Shown: positions 12,171 through 22,839, counted from the stretch's first letter. The stretch is DNA of 64,000 nucleotides from Gemmatimonadaceae bacterium (GCA_045803545.1 JBJMOW010000004.1:288001-352000), one strand, 5' to 3'. The notes: generated by a model not told the origin, from the sequence alone. Made by a program: numbers and translations.

Positions 12171-13301
12171 TTATTCGGGATTCCTCTTCGACCGTACGGC
12201 TCGCAGTCGTTGAATTTGCTCCCGAATTCTCTCCAGCTCTTCCTGCGAGTGGCGTCCTGACAAAACGATGACGCCCCTCGTCGAGGGATCGAGCCAGCTG
12301 ATCGAATGCCGCTCGCCGACCTGTGCATCCTGCAGGGCAGCCACCGACGGGGGTGGCGCGGGCTGAGTCTTTTGTTGGGATTCGACCGTTGCGCCTGCTT
12401 TTTCGGCGCGACGCGCGGGCTGGGCCTGGGTGCCAAGTGCAGTCACCACGCTCTGGAGCTGGGGTGAAGTTTGCTCTTCGAGCATCACTGTGTCACCCGG
12501 GGCGATCTCGTAGAACGTTTGCGTCCCACCGACAACGCGCTTGCTTGCGACTTCGCGCGGTACCGTCTCGACAGCCCCTCCACCAATAGTGCCAAAAGCC
12601 TGGCGAAGTGGGGCCGGTGCAGCGGCGGCCGCCGGTACACGGGCGGGAGCTACAGGTTCAACCACATCCGACTTTGACTCGGCGGGAGCGTTCAATCGCC
12701 GTACATCAGCAGATGCACGCGCTCCCCCATCGTCCAAGCGCAGGTCCTGCTTGGACGTCGCACGAACAGGAGGTGGAGTGACGCCACCTGCTCTGTGCTG
12801 CTCGTCCGCTTGTGTCCCGACTGGCGCAGCTGCTCGAATTTCAGGCGCCGTCGCAGGTTGAGCCGGCGCAAGTTGAGCCGTCGCGCGCGCCCCCGGAGAG
12901 TCCGCGGCAGCGGGCTGCCGAGAAAGGATGGTGACGGGTCCGGGAGCTACCTCGAGAGACCTCGCGCTCGAATCAGAGGTGTTGCTCGTCGCTGAGCGAC
13001 TCTCGCTTCCGCGCTCCTTCACGAGCAGCACTGTGCCCGTTGCGACGACAAGAACGGTCGCGGCCACCCTCCACACCCACGGCTGCACGCGCTGCGTCCG
13101 CGCGATCGGAATCACACCGCGCGGCGCATCGTCCAGCGCAGTCAAAATCCGCGACGAAGCCGCGATGAACCCGCGGGCTTCCGCAACTGCCGCCTGACAC
13201 TGCGCACAGCCTTCGACGTGCGCGTTCGCCCTCGCCGCTTCTTCAGGGCTCAGCGCCCCGTCCAGCCAGGCGTGAATTGTTCCTTCGTCAAGATGCTGCA
13301 T
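12171..13301 (-). CDS. ZAS (zf-HC2) transmembrane anti-sigma factor
   Basis: HVEGCAQC (HxxxCxxC), one TM helix, long Pro/Ala-rich periplasmic region; overlaps the ECF sigma stop. Confidence 0.85.
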   Translation of the reverse strand: MQHLDEGTIHAWLDGALSPEEAARANAHVEGCAQCQAAVAEARGFIAASSRILTALDDAPRGVIPIARTQRVQPWVWRVAATVLVVATGTVLLVKERGSESRSATSNTSDSSARSLEVAPGPVTILSRQPAAADSPGARATAQLAPAQPATAPEIRAAAPVGTQADEQHRAGGVTPPPVRATSKQDLRLDDGGARASADVRRLNAPAESKSDVVEPVAPARVPAAAAAPAPLRQAFGTIGGGAVETVPREVASKRVVGGTQTFYEIAPGDTVMLEEQTSPQLQSVVTALGTQAQPARRAEKAGATVESQQKTQPAPPPSVAALQDAQVGERHSISWLDPSTRGVIVLSGRHSQEELERIREQIQRLRAVRSKRNPE

Positions 13302-13806
13302 GCTTCTCTCTCTCCTCTCTGCTCTTCTGCAAGGTCTCGTAGCTTTCCACCAAACGCCGTCGCGCCCGCGACAACGTCGTTCCGACCGAACCCGGCGAAA
13401 GCTGCAACGCCTCGGCGATCTCGTTGTAGTCCAAACCCTCTTCGCGCATTAGCAGCGCCAGTCTGTCACGCTCTGCCAACGCATCGACTGCCTTGCGCGC
13501 CATTGCCGCTTCTTGCGCACGCTCGAGCGTAGTCTCGGCAGGTTCAACCACCGACTCACGCTCCTCTTCCGCCAGCAGGGCCAGATGCTTCCGCCGCCGG
13601 CTATCCTTCCGCGCTTCGTCTCGCACGAGATTCGTCGCCACCGCAAAGAGCCACGCCCGCTCGTTCTGTATCGAAGGTTGGCGCAGTGCGCGCACGAACG
13701 TCTCCTGAGCCACTTCTTCCGCCCAGTCGCGATCTCCCAAACGCCGCGTCAGATATCGCACCAACGCGGCGTTGTACGTTCGGAAGAGACGCTCGACGTC
13801 TGTCAC
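13288..13806 (-). CDS. ECF RNA polymerase sigma factor
   Basis: 172 aa; region 2 (AEEVAQETF, AWLFAVATN) and region 4 (YNEIAEAL...GSVGTTLSRARRRL). Confidence 0.93.
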   Translation of the reverse strand: MTDVERLFRTYNAALVRYLTRRLGDRDWAEEVAQETFVRALRQPSIQNERAWLFAVATNLVRDEARKDSRRRKHLALLAEEERESVVEPAETTLERAQEAAMARKAVDALAERDRLALLMREEGLDYNEIAEALQLSPGSVGTTLSRARRRLVESYETLQKSREEREKHAAS

Positions 13807-13810
13807 TCGC

Positions 13811-16108
13811 TCACCAGCGATCTCGCAACATTGCCTGATCGCGGTCCGACAGTTGTTCTACACCATTCGGCGACAGCTCGATTGCCATGCTGCGGCCGGC
13901 GACGATTGCGCGCTCACCGACCGAGAAGGCTTCACGCAACTCCGGCTCGAGCTCGATGATTCTGAAGTACGCATCCGAGAAAGCCTTCACTCGCAGCACC
14001 GGTCCAGCGCTCTTGTACTGTATATCAGTCCACACTCCGTCACGCAGAACGAAAGTGTGTGTACCCCCACGCTTCATTCTCGCGTCGGCTATTCCGCCCA
14101 TCGCTGAATCGGCCGCGGCAACGGATGTAGCCGCACGCTGAGCAGATGCTGCCTTGGCGGCCTCGAATTGCACTGAGGGCGCCGCTGCTGGTGCAGCCCG
14201 GCCCGTACCCGCTCCAGTTGCAACCGCCTGATTCATATCGGCCCGACGACCGAGCTGCTGCTGCAGGCGATTCATTCCAGGCTCGACCACCAGGTAGGAT
14301 GAGAACTCAGTCGGAATTCCAAAGCGCTCTCCCAGGTCACGGATTTCGTCGTCGATCTCTCGCGAGCCGCCATTCTTGCGCTTTTCCGCGCTGAGATATC
14401 CCACACGCTGAGTAGCCCACAGCCGCGCGACGAACGGATTCTCGCGCGAGCGCTCCGGAAAACGAACCCGACTTGCCCAGCTTACTGGCCCATTTGTCGT
14501 TTGACCATCGACACGAATGATTGCGTCGCCGCTTCCGTCGTAGCGAGCGAGGAGCACCAGATCCTCGCCGGCAAATATGTCAACCGGCCCGCCTGGATGC
14601 ATTTTACGCAGCCGCACGCCGTCAGCGCGCACCCGGACATCGGTGACGAGTGGACTGGTAAGTCGGCTCGCGACAATGCCAACCGCACGCTCGACTGATT
14701 CATCGGGACGGACAAAGCTCGCCGTTCCTCTGCCTTCGAGCGCCAGCTGCTCGATAAGCGAGACGTTGAGATCAGCTCCGACGCCGAATGTGAATAGCCG
14801 GCGTGAGCCACGCTGCTTCGCTACGCTGTTGGCAATCACGGTCCCATCACGCTCGCCGACCGTCGGTTGACCGTCGGTGAGAAACAGGATGATTGGCAAC
14901 CGTCCCGATTGTGTCGGTGCCGACAGTGCCTCGTTGAGCGCGCCGGAGATGTTTGTTGACCCCTGCGCGTCCAGGTCATCGAGATAGCGCTCCGCCGCCC
15001 GGACGCTCTCGTTCGTCGCGTAAGAGAATCCGTCGCGGAATGTCCGCACATCGCTGGAAAAGTCGATGAGACGGAAGCGATCCATTGACGACAGCGTGCG
15101 CAGCAGCTGCTTGCCGGCGGCCCGCGCCTGCTCGATCTTCTGCCCACTCATCGAGCCGGACACGTCGAGCACGAATGTCACGTCACGTGGCACCGCGCGT
15201 GGTCGTATCGCGGGCGGTGAGATGGTGATCAATGCAAACCCATCGTCATTGCCCGGCGCATTCGCGAGCAGCGAGATGGCCGCACTGGTCGAGCGTCGGA
15301 TCGGGATAAGGAGCGTGACCTCTCCGTTCGCGTCCCTTACCTCGAACCGGCGCATCGACCCGCGATAGCCGCTCGCAAAACGATCGCTGTCAGATGGACC
15401 CGTGTTATAGTCATTATTTGCGTAGCGATCTTCATACATCGAATGCGTCGGTGAATACGCTGTCCCGTACATCGGGTCGTTCGGATAAGTCAGTACGAAC
15501 GAAACGCGACCCTCGGGATAGCGCGCGGCGACTTGATTCGTGCGCAGGCCGCGGAAGTAATCGACGCGTAGCGCATCGCCTTCGCGCTCTGCTACCGTTT
15601 GAAAGCGGACGACGACTTTCTTCACCTCGCCCGGCGCGATCGGGAAGATTCTCGCGCGCAGCAAACCGTAGCCCATCCACTCCAGTAATGCGGGATCACG
15701 TTGGCGGCGCACGATGTCTTCATAGATCTGACGTGCGGCATCGGCGCTCATCGTTTCGCCCGAAACCATCTCGCCGTTGATCGAGAGCTTGAGATCCTGG
15801 AACGCCGCACCCTTGGGCAGCGGAAACATGAAGTCCGCCTCGCCGACTCTGCCACCGCGGTTGACGAAGGTTTCCGTTATCTCGTAATGCAGCACGCGAT
15901 CAGCGAGGTCGACACGCACATCGCTGCTTTGTCTGAAGACGTCGGGCGAGGTGATTCCGCACGAGCGCATGACGCATGGTTGTCCAGGCCGACATGGCGG
16001 CGGCACCGGGCAAGGCCATGGTCGCGGCACCTGATCGACGATTTGTGAAGAAGCCGTCGAGGCGACGGCGATTAACGTAATAGCGAGACAGGAAATGAAT
16101 GAGCGCAT
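13811..16108 (-). CDS. Secreted VIT + von Willebrand A domain protein
   Basis: Signal peptide, Cys/Pro-rich N-terminus, VIT domain (FPLPKGA, RDPALLE, IFPI), MIDAS DVSGSM and LTDG. Confidence 0.88.
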   Translation of the reverse strand: MRSFISCLAITLIAVASTASSQIVDQVPRPWPCPVPPPCRPGQPCVMRSCGITSPDVFRQSSDVRVDLADRVLHYEITETFVNRGGRVGEADFMFPLPKGAAFQDLKLSINGEMVSGETMSADAARQIYEDIVRRQRDPALLEWMGYGLLRARIFPIAPGEVKKVVVRFQTVAEREGDALRVDYFRGLRTNQVAARYPEGRVSFVLTYPNDPMYGTAYSPTHSMYEDRYANNDYNTGPSDSDRFASGYRGSMRRFEVRDANGEVTLLIPIRRSTSAAISLLANAPGNDDGFALITISPPAIRPRAVPRDVTFVLDVSGSMSGQKIEQARAAGKQLLRTLSSMDRFRLIDFSSDVRTFRDGFSYATNESVRAAERYLDDLDAQGSTNISGALNEALSAPTQSGRLPIILFLTDGQPTVGERDGTVIANSVAKQRGSRRLFTFGVGADLNVSLIEQLALEGRGTASFVRPDESVERAVGIVASRLTSPLVTDVRVRADGVRLRKMHPGGPVDIFAGEDLVLLARYDGSGDAIIRVDGQTTNGPVSWASRVRFPERSRENPFVARLWATQRVGYLSAEKRKNGGSREIDDEIRDLGERFGIPTEFSSYLVVEPGMNRLQQQLGRRADMNQAVATGAGTGRAAPAAAPSVQFEAAKAASAQRAATSVAAADSAMGGIADARMKRGGTHTFVLRDGVWTDIQYKSAGPVLRVKAFSDAYFRIIELEPELREAFSVGERAIVAGRSMAIELSPNGVEQLSDRDQAMLRDRW

Positions 16109-16188
16109 GACACACCAGTAGGAAGGTTCTACTGTGGGACGTGCGCGACTCTACTACTTGCACACCGCTCCTTTGGTGTTTTGCCGGT

Positions 16189-17100
16189 TCAGCGCTTCTG
16201 CTTCTTCCGCCTTTTCTGCAGGTCACGCCGTTCGTCGACCCTAACGGCCAGTAACTGATGATCCGCCCTGATCATCGTGGTCTCGAAGTTCTCGCTGCCA
16301 CGCCTGGCAGCCCAGCCCATCGAAAACGGAACCGGCGCCGATGTCGGAGCTGCTGCACGCAGGCGCGTCACCACGTGCTCCGTCTGATCTTCATCCGAAT
16401 CGCACAGCACCACCAGAAACTCATCGCCTCCCACACGAACTACTGCTTCTTCCGCACGCACATGTCGCATTAGAAAGCGCGCCATCCTCACCAGCACGGC
16501 ATCACCTTCCGCGTGGCCATTGCTGTCGTTGTACTGCTTGAAGTGATCGATGTCGAGATAAATGCAGCCCCACTCACCCTTCGCCTGTGCCTCGCACTGC
16601 CTGGTGACGGTGTTGAGATAGCGCCGGTTGTAGCAGCCAGTCAGAGGGTCCCGGATGCTGAGCTCCAGCAACTGCGTCTGCAGCTCCTTCCGATGCGTGA
16701 TGTCGACAAGCACGCCGTGACAGTACTTCTCCCCGGTTTCAGGATCGATCGACAGGAACGCGCTGTCGACGACCGTTCTGATCTCGCCATCGCGACGCGT
16801 CACCTGGAACTCGAAATCGCGCACCGATCCTTCGCGCTCGAGCTGCGCCATCTCACGTGCTCGCACCTCCGGTCGGACGAAATCGCCCGTACGGTGATTC
16901 TTCAAATCATTCAGTGAATCCACGCCGAACATCTCGAGGAATGCCGGATTCGCGTCGATGATCTCTCCATCCAGCGTCGTGATGTAGATTCCTTCCTGCA
17001 GTCGACGCGCGAGCTCGCTGAGAGTCTTTGGATCACTCAGGCTGCGAAATCGTCTTCTTTTTCTGGGTTTTGGCTTTCTGGCAGGCTGGAGACGACTCAC
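16189..17100 (-). CDS. PAS-GGDEF diguanylate cyclase
   Basis: PAS (GIYITTLDGEIIDANPAF), DPLTGCYNRRY, DIDHFKQYND, RVGGDEF. Confidence 0.92.
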   Translation of the reverse strand: MSRLQPARKPKPRKRRRFRSLSDPKTLSELARRLQEGIYITTLDGEIIDANPAFLEMFGVDSLNDLKNHRTGDFVRPEVRAREMAQLEREGSVRDFEFQVTRRDGEIRTVVDSAFLSIDPETGEKYCHGVLVDITHRKELQTQLLELSIRDPLTGCYNRRYLNTVTRQCEAQAKGEWGCIYLDIDHFKQYNDSNGHAEGDAVLVRMARFLMRHVRAEEAVVRVGGDEFLVVLCDSDEDQTEHVVTRLRAAAPTSAPVPFSMGWAARRGSENFETTMIRADHQLLAVRVDERRDLQKRRKKQKR

Positions 17101-17117
17101 ATCATTGCCTCAGCAAA

Positions 17118-17133
17118 CGGCATATCCGTTGCT
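17118..17133 (+). promoter_or_regulatory. Putative sigma54 promoter (CGGCAT-atccg-TTGCT)
   Basis: Near-consensus GG-N10-GC, 30 nt upstream of the small ORF at 17163. Confidence 0.65.
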
Positions 17134-17162
17134 TCAATCGATGGATACGAAGTGGAGATATT

Positions 17163-17360
17163 ATGACACCCAGGAAGCAGCAGGAACAGACTAAGAAAGG
17201 CCCGGCCAACGACCGCGAAGTCGATCACGGGACGCGATCCGGCCGGCCAAATCCAGAAGATGTTCCATCTCATGCCGATCAGCACAAAAGCGGATACGGC
17301 GGCGAGCAAGGTCAGCCTCGCACCAGCACCGATCAGCGCGAGACGCAAAAAGGGCGCTAG
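17163..17360 (+). CDS. Small hydrophilic protein (65 aa)
   Basis: GGAG RBS then ATG; MTPRKQQEQTKK...KSGYGGEQGQPRTSTDQRE; almost no hydrophobic residues. Confidence 0.7.
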   Translation: MTPRKQQEQTKKGPANDREVDHGTRSGRPNPEDVPSHADQHKSGYGGEQGQPRTSTDQRETQKGR

Positions 17361-17408
17361 GCAACTCCGTCGTGCTCTGCGCCTTAAAACCTTGAGAAAT
17401 ACTGCACG

Positions 17409-18377
17409 ATGAGTTTCCGGACCGCCGGAATTCATCACGTCACCGGCATCGCCAGCGATCCGCAACGAAATCTGGATTTCTACGCTGGCATCCTCGGCCT
17501 TCGGCTCGTAAAGCGCACCGTCAATTTCGACGATCCGACTACCTATCATTTCTATTTCGGTAATGAGAGTGGTAGCCCTGGTACAATTCTGACGTTCTTC
17601 CCCTGGCCAGATGCCCGCCGCGGGCGCCAGGGCGGTGGACAGGTTGCTGTCACCTCGTTCTCCATCAGGCCCGCGTCGCTCGGATTCTGGATCGAGCGGT
17701 TCATCAAAAAGCGCGTTGAGTTCGAGCAGCCCGCTGCGCGCTACGAAGACGAGCGCATCATCGCTTTCAAAGACCACGAAGGCTTCATGGGAGAGCTGGT
17801 CGCACACTCGGGAGCCGACGCTCAGTCAGGTTGGTCCGCTGTCGGTGTACCCTCCGAGCACGCAATCCGCGGTCTTTACTCCGTAACACTCTGGCTCGAC
17901 GCCAACGAGCTGACTGGCCAGCTGCTTACCAACACCCTCGGATTCAAGCTCGCGCGCGAGCAGGGGAGCATTTTTCGCTACACTACGCACGACGGTGGAT
18001 CCGGCACCACCGTCGACCTGCGCTGCGTCCCCGGCATCTGGCGCGGAGTCATGGGTGCCGGCACCGTGCACCACGTTGCGTTCCGCTGCACCAGCGAAGC
18101 CGAGCAACTGGAAGTGCGCACGGAGCTCACATCCCTTGGCTATAACGTGACGCCTCAACTCGATCGGGATTACTTCAAGTCGATTTACTTTCGCGAGCCG
18201 GGCGGAGTTTTGTTCGAGATCGCAACGGATGCTCCCGGTTTTGCAGTCGACGAGCCTGTTGACGCCCTCGGTCAGTCACTGAAGCTGCCCAGCTGGCTGG
18301 AGCCGCGGCGCTTCGAGATCGAAGCGTTGTTGCCGAACATTCATGTCCCATTGGAGCTGCGTGGTCCCAACGCGTGA
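17409..18377 (+). CDS. Ring-cleaving dioxygenase, VOC family (MhqO-like)
   Basis: GIHHVT, VKRTVNFDDP..YHFYFG, HHVAFR, DRDYFKSIYFREPGGVLFEIATD. Confidence 0.92.
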   Translation: MSFRTAGIHHVTGIASDPQRNLDFYAGILGLRLVKRTVNFDDPTTYHFYFGNESGSPGTILTFFPWPDARRGRQGGGQVAVTSFSIRPASLGFWIERFIKKRVEFEQPAARYEDERIIAFKDHEGFMGELVAHSGADAQSGWSAVGVPSEHAIRGLYSVTLWLDANELTGQLLTNTLGFKLAREQGSIFRYTTHDGGSGTTVDLRCVPGIWRGVMGAGTVHHVAFRCTSEAEQLEVRTELTSLGYNVTPQLDRDYFKSIYFREPGGVLFEIATDAPGFAVDEPVDALGQSLKLPSWLEPRRFEIEALLPNIHVPLELRGPNA

Positions 18378-19003
18378 CTGACGATCTTGGATTCATTCAT
18401 CGATTTGTTCCCAGCGAAGAGTCGGCGGAAACTCTGCTCGTTCTGCACGGCACCGGCGGCGATGAGAACGACCTCATCGGCATCGGCCAGGCGATCGCGC
18501 CAGGCGCTGCCATTTTGAGTCCGCGCGGGAACGTTCTGGAGAACGGTGCTCCGCGGTTCTTCAAGCGCCTGGCCGAGGGCGTGTTCGATCCCAAGGAAGT
18601 TCGCTCGCGTGCCGAAGAGCTCGCCCGGTTCATTCGTGCCGCTGCAATTACCTACCGACTCGACCCTTCACGGATTTTCGCGTTTGGCTATTCCAATGGC
18701 GCAAACATCGCCTCGACGGTCATGCTGGTCGAGCCGGGCGTAATCCAGGGATCGATTTTGTTTCGTCCAATGGTTGTATATGAGCCACCCGATAAGGCAG
18801 ACCTGAGCGGATCCTCAATCTTCATTTCCGCTGGCAGGCTCGACTCGATCGTTCCAACAGACAGTGTCGAACAGCTGGCAGAAATCTTTCGCTCAGGCAA
18901 TGCGGACGTGACGCTTAAGTGGCAGATCTCGGGTCACAACCTCGTCCCCGGCGAGGTTCGTGAGGCCGCCGAATGGTTCGCCCTACAACGAGCGCGAGTA
19001 TGA
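18374..19003 (+). CDS. Alpha/beta hydrolase (MhqD-like carboxylesterase)
   Basis: LHGTGGDE, GYSNGA nucleophile elbow, C-terminal GH; GTGA-coupled to the dioxygenase. Confidence 0.9.
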   Translation: MTDDLGFIHRFVPSEESAETLLVLHGTGGDENDLIGIGQAIAPGAAILSPRGNVLENGAPRFFKRLAEGVFDPKEVRSRAEELARFIRAAAITYRLDPSRIFAFGYSNGANIASTVMLVEPGVIQGSILFRPMVVYEPPDKADLSGSSIFISAGRLDSIVPTDSVEQLAEIFRSGNADVTLKWQISGHNLVPGEVREAAEWFALQRARV

Positions 19004-19018
19004 GCTACTTTCAACATC

Positions 19019-21082
19019 ATGACTGAGTCGACCGACACCGCGACGCCTCCGCGTTCAGCGTCCTCTTCTTCAGCTTCATCGGCTGGCCAGTCGCTCGAAG
19101 AACTTTGCATCAACGCAATCCGCGTCCTCGCGATGGACGCAGTACAAAAAGCGGATTCCGGCCATCCCGGCACGCCGATGGCGCTCGCACCACTCGCCTA
19201 TGTGTTGTGGACTCAGCACCTGCGTTACAACCCGCAGGATCCACATTGGATGAACCGCGATCGCTTCGTGTTGTCGGCTGGCCACGCGTCGATGCTTCAG
19301 TACAGTGTGCTCTATCTCACCGGGTATGATCTCTCACTCGACGACCTCAAACAGTTCCGTCAGTGGGAGAGCAAGACGCCTGGCCATCCCGAATACGGCT
19401 ACACGCCGGGTGTAGAAACCACCACCGGTCCACTCGGCCAGGGCATCGGCAACTCTGTCGGGATGGCTGTTGCTGAAGCTCACATGGCAGCGGTGTTCAA
19501 CCGCGATCAGAAGATTATCGACCACCACACCTACTTCATCGCCAGCGATGGCGACATGATGGAAGGTGTGTCGCACGAGGCGGCTTCGTTCGCCGGTCAC
19601 GCGAAGTTGGGCAAACTGATTGGCTTCTACGACGACAACCACATCACTATCGAGGGCGATACCGCTCTCACCTTCAGCGACGATACCGGGCTTCGCTTCG
19701 AGGCTTACGGCTGGCACATCCAGCACGTCGCCGACGTCAACGATGTCCCGACTCTCAATCGCGCGATCGAAGCTGCGAAGGCAGAGACAGCCCGACCTTC
19801 GCTGATCGTTGTTCGTTCGCACATTGGTTACGGCAGTCCGAACAAGCACGACACCGCTGAGGCGCACGGATCTGCACTCGGCAAGGACGAGATCGCGCTC
19901 ACGAAGAAGGCGCTCAACTATCCATCCGACGAGCCTTTTTGGGTCGCGCCCGACGCACTTCGTTTCTGGCGTGACACTGCAAAGCGTCGGGCGACAGTGC
20001 AGGAAGATTGGCAGAAGACTTACGACGCGTACAAAGCAGCTCATCCCGATCTGGAGAAGGAGCTGCAGCGGCGTTTCCGCGGCGAGCTTCCCGCCGGCTG
20101 GGAAGACGCATTGCCGGTCTTCACGGTTAAGGATGGCAACGTCGCCAGTCGCGCGGCGTCGGGTGTCGTGATCAACGCCATCGCCAAAAAGCTTCCGGAG
20201 TTGATGGGCGGGTCCGCGGACCTCGCCAGCTCGACCAACACCATCATCAAAGGCGAGCCAAGCTTCAGCCCGGAGAACTACGCCGGCCGCAATTTCCATT
20301 TTGGAATTCGCGAGCACGGCATGGGCTCGATCATGAACGGCATTTCGTTATGGGGTGGAATAATCCCGTACGGTGCGACGTTCCTCATTTTCTCGGACTA
20401 TATGCGCCCACCCGTTCGGCTCGCGTGCATAATGGACCGACACGTCATCTACGTATACACACACGACTCGATCGGGCTCGGTGAAGACGGTCCCACCCAT
20501 CAACCGATCGAGCAACTGAGTGCTCTGCGCGCGATTCCCGAATTCACGGTGATCAGGCCCGCCGATGCGTCGGAGACCACCGAAGCCTGGCGTGCTGCCC
20601 TCAAGCACAACGGTCCGACCGCTCTCGTGCTCACGCGACAAAAGCTCTCCTTTATCGACCGGTCGAAATACGCTCCGGCGAGCGGCCTTGCGCGCGGTGC
20701 ATACGTCCTCGCTGACGAACCGGGTGGCAAGCCTGACATTGTGTTGATGTCCAGCGGATCGGAAGTCGCGCTCATTCTCGACGCACAAAAGCAGCTCGAG
20801 GCCGATGGGATTCGAGCTCGCGCCGTCAGCATGCCCAGCCACGAGATTTTCGCGCGTCAGGATCAGGCGTATCGTGACAGCGTGCTGCCGAAGGGTATCA
20901 AGCGGATCGCGATGGAAGCCGCGCATCCAATGTCGTGGTACAAATGGGTTGGCGATGACGGAGTAATTCTCGGTCTCGAGCGATTTGGCGCATCGGCGCC
21001 TGCACCCACCATCTACGAGCACCTCGGAATTACCGTCGACCACATCGTGAAGACAGCGAAGCAGCTCCTCGACAGGAAATAA
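19019..21082 (+). CDS. tkt: Transketolase
   Basis: [47 protein letters not shown]. Confidence 0.97.
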   Translation: MTESTDTATPPRSASSSSASSAGQSLEELCINAIRVLAMDAVQKADSGHPGTPMALAPLAYVLWTQHLRYNPQDPHWMNRDRFVLSAGHASMLQYSVLYLTGYDLSLDDLKQFRQWESKTPGHPEYGYTPGVETTTGPLGQGIGNSVGMAVAEAHMAAVFNRDQKIIDHHTYFIASDGDMMEGVSHEAASFAGHAKLGKLIGFYDDNHITIEGDTALTFSDDTGLRFEAYGWHIQHVADVNDVPTLNRAIEAAKAETARPSLIVVRSHIGYGSPNKHDTAEAHGSALGKDEIALTKKALNYPSDEPFWVAPDALRFWRDTAKRRATVQEDWQKTYDAYKAAHPDLEKELQRRFRGELPAGWEDALPVFTVKDGNVASRAASGVVINAIAKKLPELMGGSADLASSTNTIIKGEPSFSPENYAGRNFHFGIREHGMGSIMNGISLWGGIIPYGATFLIFSDYMRPPVRLACIMDRHVIYVYTHDSIGLGEDGPTHQPIEQLSALRAIPEFTVIRPADASETTEAWRAALKHNGPTALVLTRQKLSFIDRSKYAPASGLARGAYVLADEPGGKPDIVLMSSGSEVALILDAQKQLEADGIRARAVSMPSHEIFARQDQAYRDSVLPKGIKRIAMEAAHPMSWYKWVGDDGVILGLERFGASAPAPTIYEHLGITVDHIVKTAKQLLDRK

Positions 21083-21116
21083 GAATCCGAGTCCCCGCGT
21101 TCTTCGCGACGCAGCC

Positions 21117-21764
21117 GTGAACGGAAAGGATCCACTTCTAAAAGACATCAGCGTCACGCTGAATCCCGACACACCTGAGTGGCCGGGTGATACGCCGTTC
21201 ACGTGCGGATGGTCCTCGCTCATGGCCGCCGGCGCCAGCGTCAATGTGTCCTCATTCGCGTCGAGCCCGCACGTTGGCACGCATGCTGATGCACCACTCC
21301 ATGTCCGGGAGGGATGGTCCGGTTCGCACGAATTGTCGCTCGATGCGTTCTACGGTCCGGCGATCGTCGTCGATGTCTCCAATCTCGACAAGGAAATCAG
21401 CATCGAGGATCTCGAGCGCATCCAGTCGCTTCCATTCGTCGAGCGACTGCTGTTGCGAACTGGCCGCTCAATTGCCAGCGGCGCCTTTCCTGAGGATTGG
21501 CCAACGCTCTCCGAATCATGCGTCCGAACGCTTCTTGGTCGCGGATTGCGGTTACTCGGCGTCGACAGCCCGTCGGTAGATCAACGGGAGAGCAAAAACC
21601 TTCCCGTTCACAACATGATCTTTGCTGCCAATGCGGCAATTCTCGAGAATCTCGACTTGCGGCGTGTTTCACCAAGCATGTACGAGCTGATGGCCTTTCC
21701 ACTCAAGCTGATGGCGCTTGATGCGGCGCCGGTGCGCGCAGTACTCCGCCAGATAGTCGCTTGA
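21117..21764 (+). CDS. kynB: Cyclase-family protein, kynurenine formamidase-like
   Basis: HVGTHADAPLH, GVDSPSVD, ILENL, AAPVRA. Confidence 0.75.
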   Translation: MNGKDPLLKDISVTLNPDTPEWPGDTPFTCGWSSLMAAGASVNVSSFASSPHVGTHADAPLHVREGWSGSHELSLDAFYGPAIVVDVSNLDKEISIEDLERIQSLPFVERLLLRTGRSIASGAFPEDWPTLSESCVRTLLGRGLRLLGVDSPSVDQRESKNLPVHNMIFAANAAILENLDLRRVSPSMYELMAFPLKLMALDAAPVRAVLRQIVA

Positions 21765-21765
21765 G

Positions 21766-22839
21766 TTGCTGAGACGCACACTCGCAATCTCCATCGCGCT
21801 CGTCTCACTCGCTTTCTTCATCGAGAGTCGGCAGGCAGGGCAATCAGGAAGATCAAAGCGGTCCGGGACAAAAACGCAACAGCGCAGCCGACGTAAGGCT
21901 CCGCCGGTTACGACATTCGCCAGGGACACCGGTGGTGGCGAGCTCATCGTGCGTGTGCTCGACGTCGGCCAGGGCGATGCGATCTATATCCGGAATGGCT
22001 CCAGCAGGATTCTGATCGACGGCGGTCCGCAACCGGAGACACTCGGACGCTATCTCGATTCGCTCCAGCTTAACAACACCACCATCGATGCGGTGATTCT
22101 CACCCATCAGCATCTCGATCACTACAGCGGACTTCGCGAGCTATTCAGGACCAGGCGGCACATTCACGTTCGCTACTTCTTCGAGAACAAGGATCCCGCG
22201 CCGGCAGTCACACTCGCCGAGCTTCGAGATTCAGTTCTATCCAGGACGGATCACGACAGTCTGATCTATCGAGACACCGACGATCCTTGCAGCGACGGCC
22301 GATTGATCTGCACCATCACCATGAATGGCGGCGCCAAGCTCCACCTGCTTGCACCGAAGCCGGACGGCATGGGTGCGAACAATCGATCAGCCGTTGTGAA
22401 GCTCGTCGGACCTGACTCTGCGTCATTCACGATGTGGCTAGGCGGTGACGCCGAGCACGAAGAGATCAACTGGTTCGAGAGCGCAGGCTACAACCTGAAT
22501 CCCGGTATGCGCGTCGATGTCCTTAAAGCCGATCATCATGGCAGCTGCAACGGTGTCACTCCGCATTACCTCGCACTCACTCAGCCGAAGTGGGTTACCG
22601 TATCGGTCGGCGCGCGCAATGAGTACGGCCATATGCACTCACAGGCTAAGGCCATCTATCGGGCCGCGAATACTACGTGGTACCGCACCGACCAGAACGG
22701 GACAATAACCATCCGCTCGCCGGGAACGCCGAGCGGTGGCTACACCATCACGCCGGCACGGCAAGGCGCCGATCTAAACGGCCCCGCGGACCGCAAATCC
22801 AACCAGCTCGCTTGCAGCGAGAGCCCAAACAGCCGCTAG
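21766..22839 (+). CDS. ComEC/Rec2-type MBL-fold hydrolase, exported
   Basis: LDVGQGDA, THQHLDH, GDAE, HHGS, YGH, YRTDQNGTI; hydrophobic N-terminus; TTG start. Confidence 0.85.
   Translation: MLRRTLAISIALVSLAFFIESRQAGQSGRSKRSGTKTQQRSRRKAPPVTTFARDTGGGELIVRVLDVGQGDAIYIRNGSSRILIDGGPQPETLGRYLDSLQLNNTTIDAVILTHQHLDHYSGLRELFRTRRHIHVRYFFENKDPAPAVTLAELRDSVLSRTDHDSLIYRDTDDPCSDGRLICTITMNGGAKLHLLAPKPDGMGANNRSAVVKLVGPDSASFTMWLGGDAEHEEINWFESAGYNLNPGMRVDVLKADHHGSCNGVTPHYLALTQPKWVTVSVGARNEYGHMHSQAKAIYRAANTTWYRTDQNGTITIRSPGTPSGGYTITPARQGADLNGPADRKSNQLACSESPNSR

Noticed and set aside
17097..17807. 236-aa - strand ORF
   Set aside because: Antisense to the dioxygenase and the 65-aa gene, both better supported.
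19334..21280. 327-aa and 310-aa - strand ORFs
   Set aside because: Antisense shadows of transketolase.
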